Assembly: GCA_964426185.1 (NCBI GenBank)
Contig: CAYRPF010000040.1
Location: forward strand, 1 to 7,640
DNA length: 7,640 bases
Origin: an uncultured archaeon
Lineage (GTDB): Archaea > Asgardarchaeota > Lokiarchaeia > Sigyniarchaeales > Promethearchaeaceae
Reading direction: 5' to 3'
The translations under genes and the position numbers were made by a program. Positions 6,145-7,640 of this stretch are shown one piece after another. The number at the start of each line of letters is the position of its first letter. Within the stretch, counting starts at the first letter, position 1. The notes under the pieces were generated by a model. That model worked only from the letters and a program-made list of their open reading frames with translations, was not told the origin of the DNA and searched no databases.

Positions 6145-7407
6145 TTACGCTTTTTTTCGCTTTTTTTTAAGCACGCGGTCTTTCAAAGCAACTTCAGTTA
6201 AAATTTCTACAGCTTCATCAATATCTCGCTGAGTGTGTGTCGCCATTAAACTCGTGCGCAACATCGCCTTGGTGCTTGCGGGTGGAACCACTGGATTGGT
6301 ATAGACTCCAGCCTCAATCAAATCTTTATTAAATCTCATCGTTTTCATGGTATCACCGATTATGATGGGAACAACAGGCGTGGGTGTTTTTTGCGGGATA
6401 GTATGAAAACCTTTTTCTTCTACTGCCTTTCTGAATAATGCCGAATTAATTAGCACTTGTTTGCGTAAACCTTCTTCTCTTATGAATAAATCAATAGCTT
6501 TTGAAGCAGTAGCAGCAGAAGCAGGTGGAATAGAAGCACTATAGATTAATGCTCTAGCATGATTTCTAATATAATCAATTAAGTCGGACGCTCCTACTAC
6601 AAATCCTCCAATGCTGGCAAATGATTTCGAAAATGTTCCCACGACTAAATCCACTCGATCTATAAGTTTGAAATGCCCCAACGAGCCTTCTCCATGATCA
6701 CCTAAGTATCCCACCCCATGAGCATCGTCAATAATGACCCGTGCATCATATTGATCAGCCAACTCGATTATTCGGGGTATTTGAGCAAGATTACCTTCCA
6801 TAGAGAAAACACCATCAGAAATAATCCATCTATTTCCATCTTCTGGTAAACTTCTTAGCACTCGCTCTAAATCCTCCATATCATTATGCTGGAAAACCTT
6901 TGTATTGGCATAAGATAATCTACAACCATCAATGATGCTGGCATGATTTTTCTCATCTGAAACAACCCAGTCTCCTTTTCGAGTAATCCCGGAAATAGTC
7001 CCTAAATTAGCTTGCATTCCGGTACTATAGCAGAGTGCTTCATCCTTTCCCATAAAATCTGCTAATTTATTTTCCAATTCGAGATGTAAATCAAGTGTTC
7101 CATTTAAATAGCGAGATCCTGTGCAGCCAGTTCCATATTTTTCAATAGCGTCTTTAGCAGCTTGGATCATTTCAGGATGATCAGCCAATCCAAGATAATT
7201 ATTCGATCCCAGCATAATTGTCTCTTTTCCACGAAGATGAACCCTAGGACCAATTTTACCTGTATTTGGGATAAAATAAGGGTACAATCCCATTTCCTTA
7301 GTAAGATGAGACATTTTAACTCTGGGAGAAGCAGGAAATGTCTCGAATTTACCGATTCTCTTTTTAACGGTGGGTTTTTCCGAGATTTTTTGTTTAACTT
7401 CAGTCAA
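6145..7407 (-). CDS. spt: PLP-dependent alpha-oxoamine synthase (class II aminotransferase family), most like bacterial serine palmitoyltransferase
   Basis: Motifs GSNNYLGL, GTGCTGSRYLNGT, NHASI (H155), DGVFSMEG, DDAH (D227/H230), GTFSKS (PLP-Lys261), YSAS, NPVVPPA and LRTSLMATH (R384). TTG start with AAGTGAT SD at 7419-7413. Family assignment is secure. SPT over BioF/KBL is likely but not proven. Confidence 0.75.
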   Translation of the reverse strand: MTEVKQKISEKPTVKKRIGKFETFPASPRVKMSHLTKEMGLYPYFIPNTGKIGPRVHLRGKETIMLGSNNYLGLADHPEMIQAAKDAIEKYGTGCTGSRYLNGTLDLHLELENKLADFMGKDEALCYSTGMQANLGTISGITRKGDWVVSDEKNHASIIDGCRLSYANTKVFQHNDMEDLERVLRSLPEDGNRWIISDGVFSMEGNLAQIPRIIELADQYDARVIIDDAHGVGYLGDHGEGSLGHFKLIDRVDLVVGTFSKSFASIGGFVVGASDLIDYIRNHARALIYSASIPPASAATASKAIDLFIREEGLRKQVLINSALFRKAVEEKGFHTIPQKTPTPVVPIIIGDTMKTMRFNKDLIEAGVYTNPVVPPASTKAMLRTSLMATHTQRDIDEAVEILTEVALKDRVLKKKRKKA

Positions 7408-7479
7408 GGAATATCACTTCTTTTTAGTTCCAAAATTTGATCAAACGATTTCTTAATCAAATCAATATATGTAATAAAC

Positions 7480-7533
7480 AATATAAAGCTTAGGCAAAAA
7501 TGTCCACGTTAATTTTGGTTCTCGATTTAAATG
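7480..7533. promoter_or_regulatory. Candidate divergent TATA boxes for spt (minus) and the right-edge gene (plus)
   Basis: TTTATA on the minus strand at 7487-7482 and TTTAAA on the plus strand at 7526-7531. The AT-rich background limits specificity. Confidence 0.3.
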
Positions 7534-7579
7534 TAAATTATGGAGACAATTAAGACTAAAAATAAAAAAATGAACGAAA

Positions 7580-7640
7580 ATGATTGAAATTTTTTATCCG
7601 AATGATAGGGGCAAACAGTTCTTTCAAAGCCTTCGCAAGC
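7580..7640 (+). CDS. Possible 5' end of a divergent CDS (MIEIFYPNDRGKQFFQSLRK...)
   Basis: ATG at 7580 and frame open to the window end. Only 20 codons visible. Confidence 0.35.
   Translation, partial: MIEIFYPNDRGKQFFQSLRK

Noticed and set aside
6145-6165. C-terminal KRKKA of the SPT-like protein resembling a KxKxx ER-retrieval or nuclear-localisation signal
   Set aside because: Lysine-rich tails are common in AT-rich genomes (the MFS ends EKEKK), and the protein has no TM segment.
4563-7440. ORFs 4563-4769, 4648-4845, 5617-5952 and 7162-7440
   Set aside because: Antisense shadows of eutA and spt.
7540-7587. 15-aa ORF METIKTKNKKMNEND overlapping the start at 7580
   Set aside because: Short and A-rich. 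It cannot be told apart from chance or a homopolymer error without downstream sequence.

Overview
AT-rich chromosomal window of archaeal character: TATA-box promoters, oligo-T terminators, GTGA-type Shine-Dalgarno sites, and a 5S rRNA with the archaeal/eukaryotic AGUA/GAA loop E. The gene style suggests an Asgard (Lokiarchaeia-like) host, but this is inference. Left to right: a partial minus-strand ORF start preceded by an unannotated 24-aa leader ORF with a U-tract and a direct-repeat operator; a stand-alone 5S rRNA gene (823-945) missed by the ORF track; an acidic hypothetical protein; an MFS transporter; a co-oriented minus-strand trio of a serine palmitoyltransferase (SPT)-like PLP enzyme, an EutA-family reactivating ATPase and a membrane protein with an internal duplication; and a possible divergent gene start at the right edge. 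The main highlight is an enzyme with bacterial SPT signatures (GTFSKS, NPVVPPA, GLYPYF) in an apparently archaeal genome, next to an eutA gene with no eutBC in the window. This hints at sphingoid-base or serine-derived amino-alcohol lipid metabolism in an archaeon.
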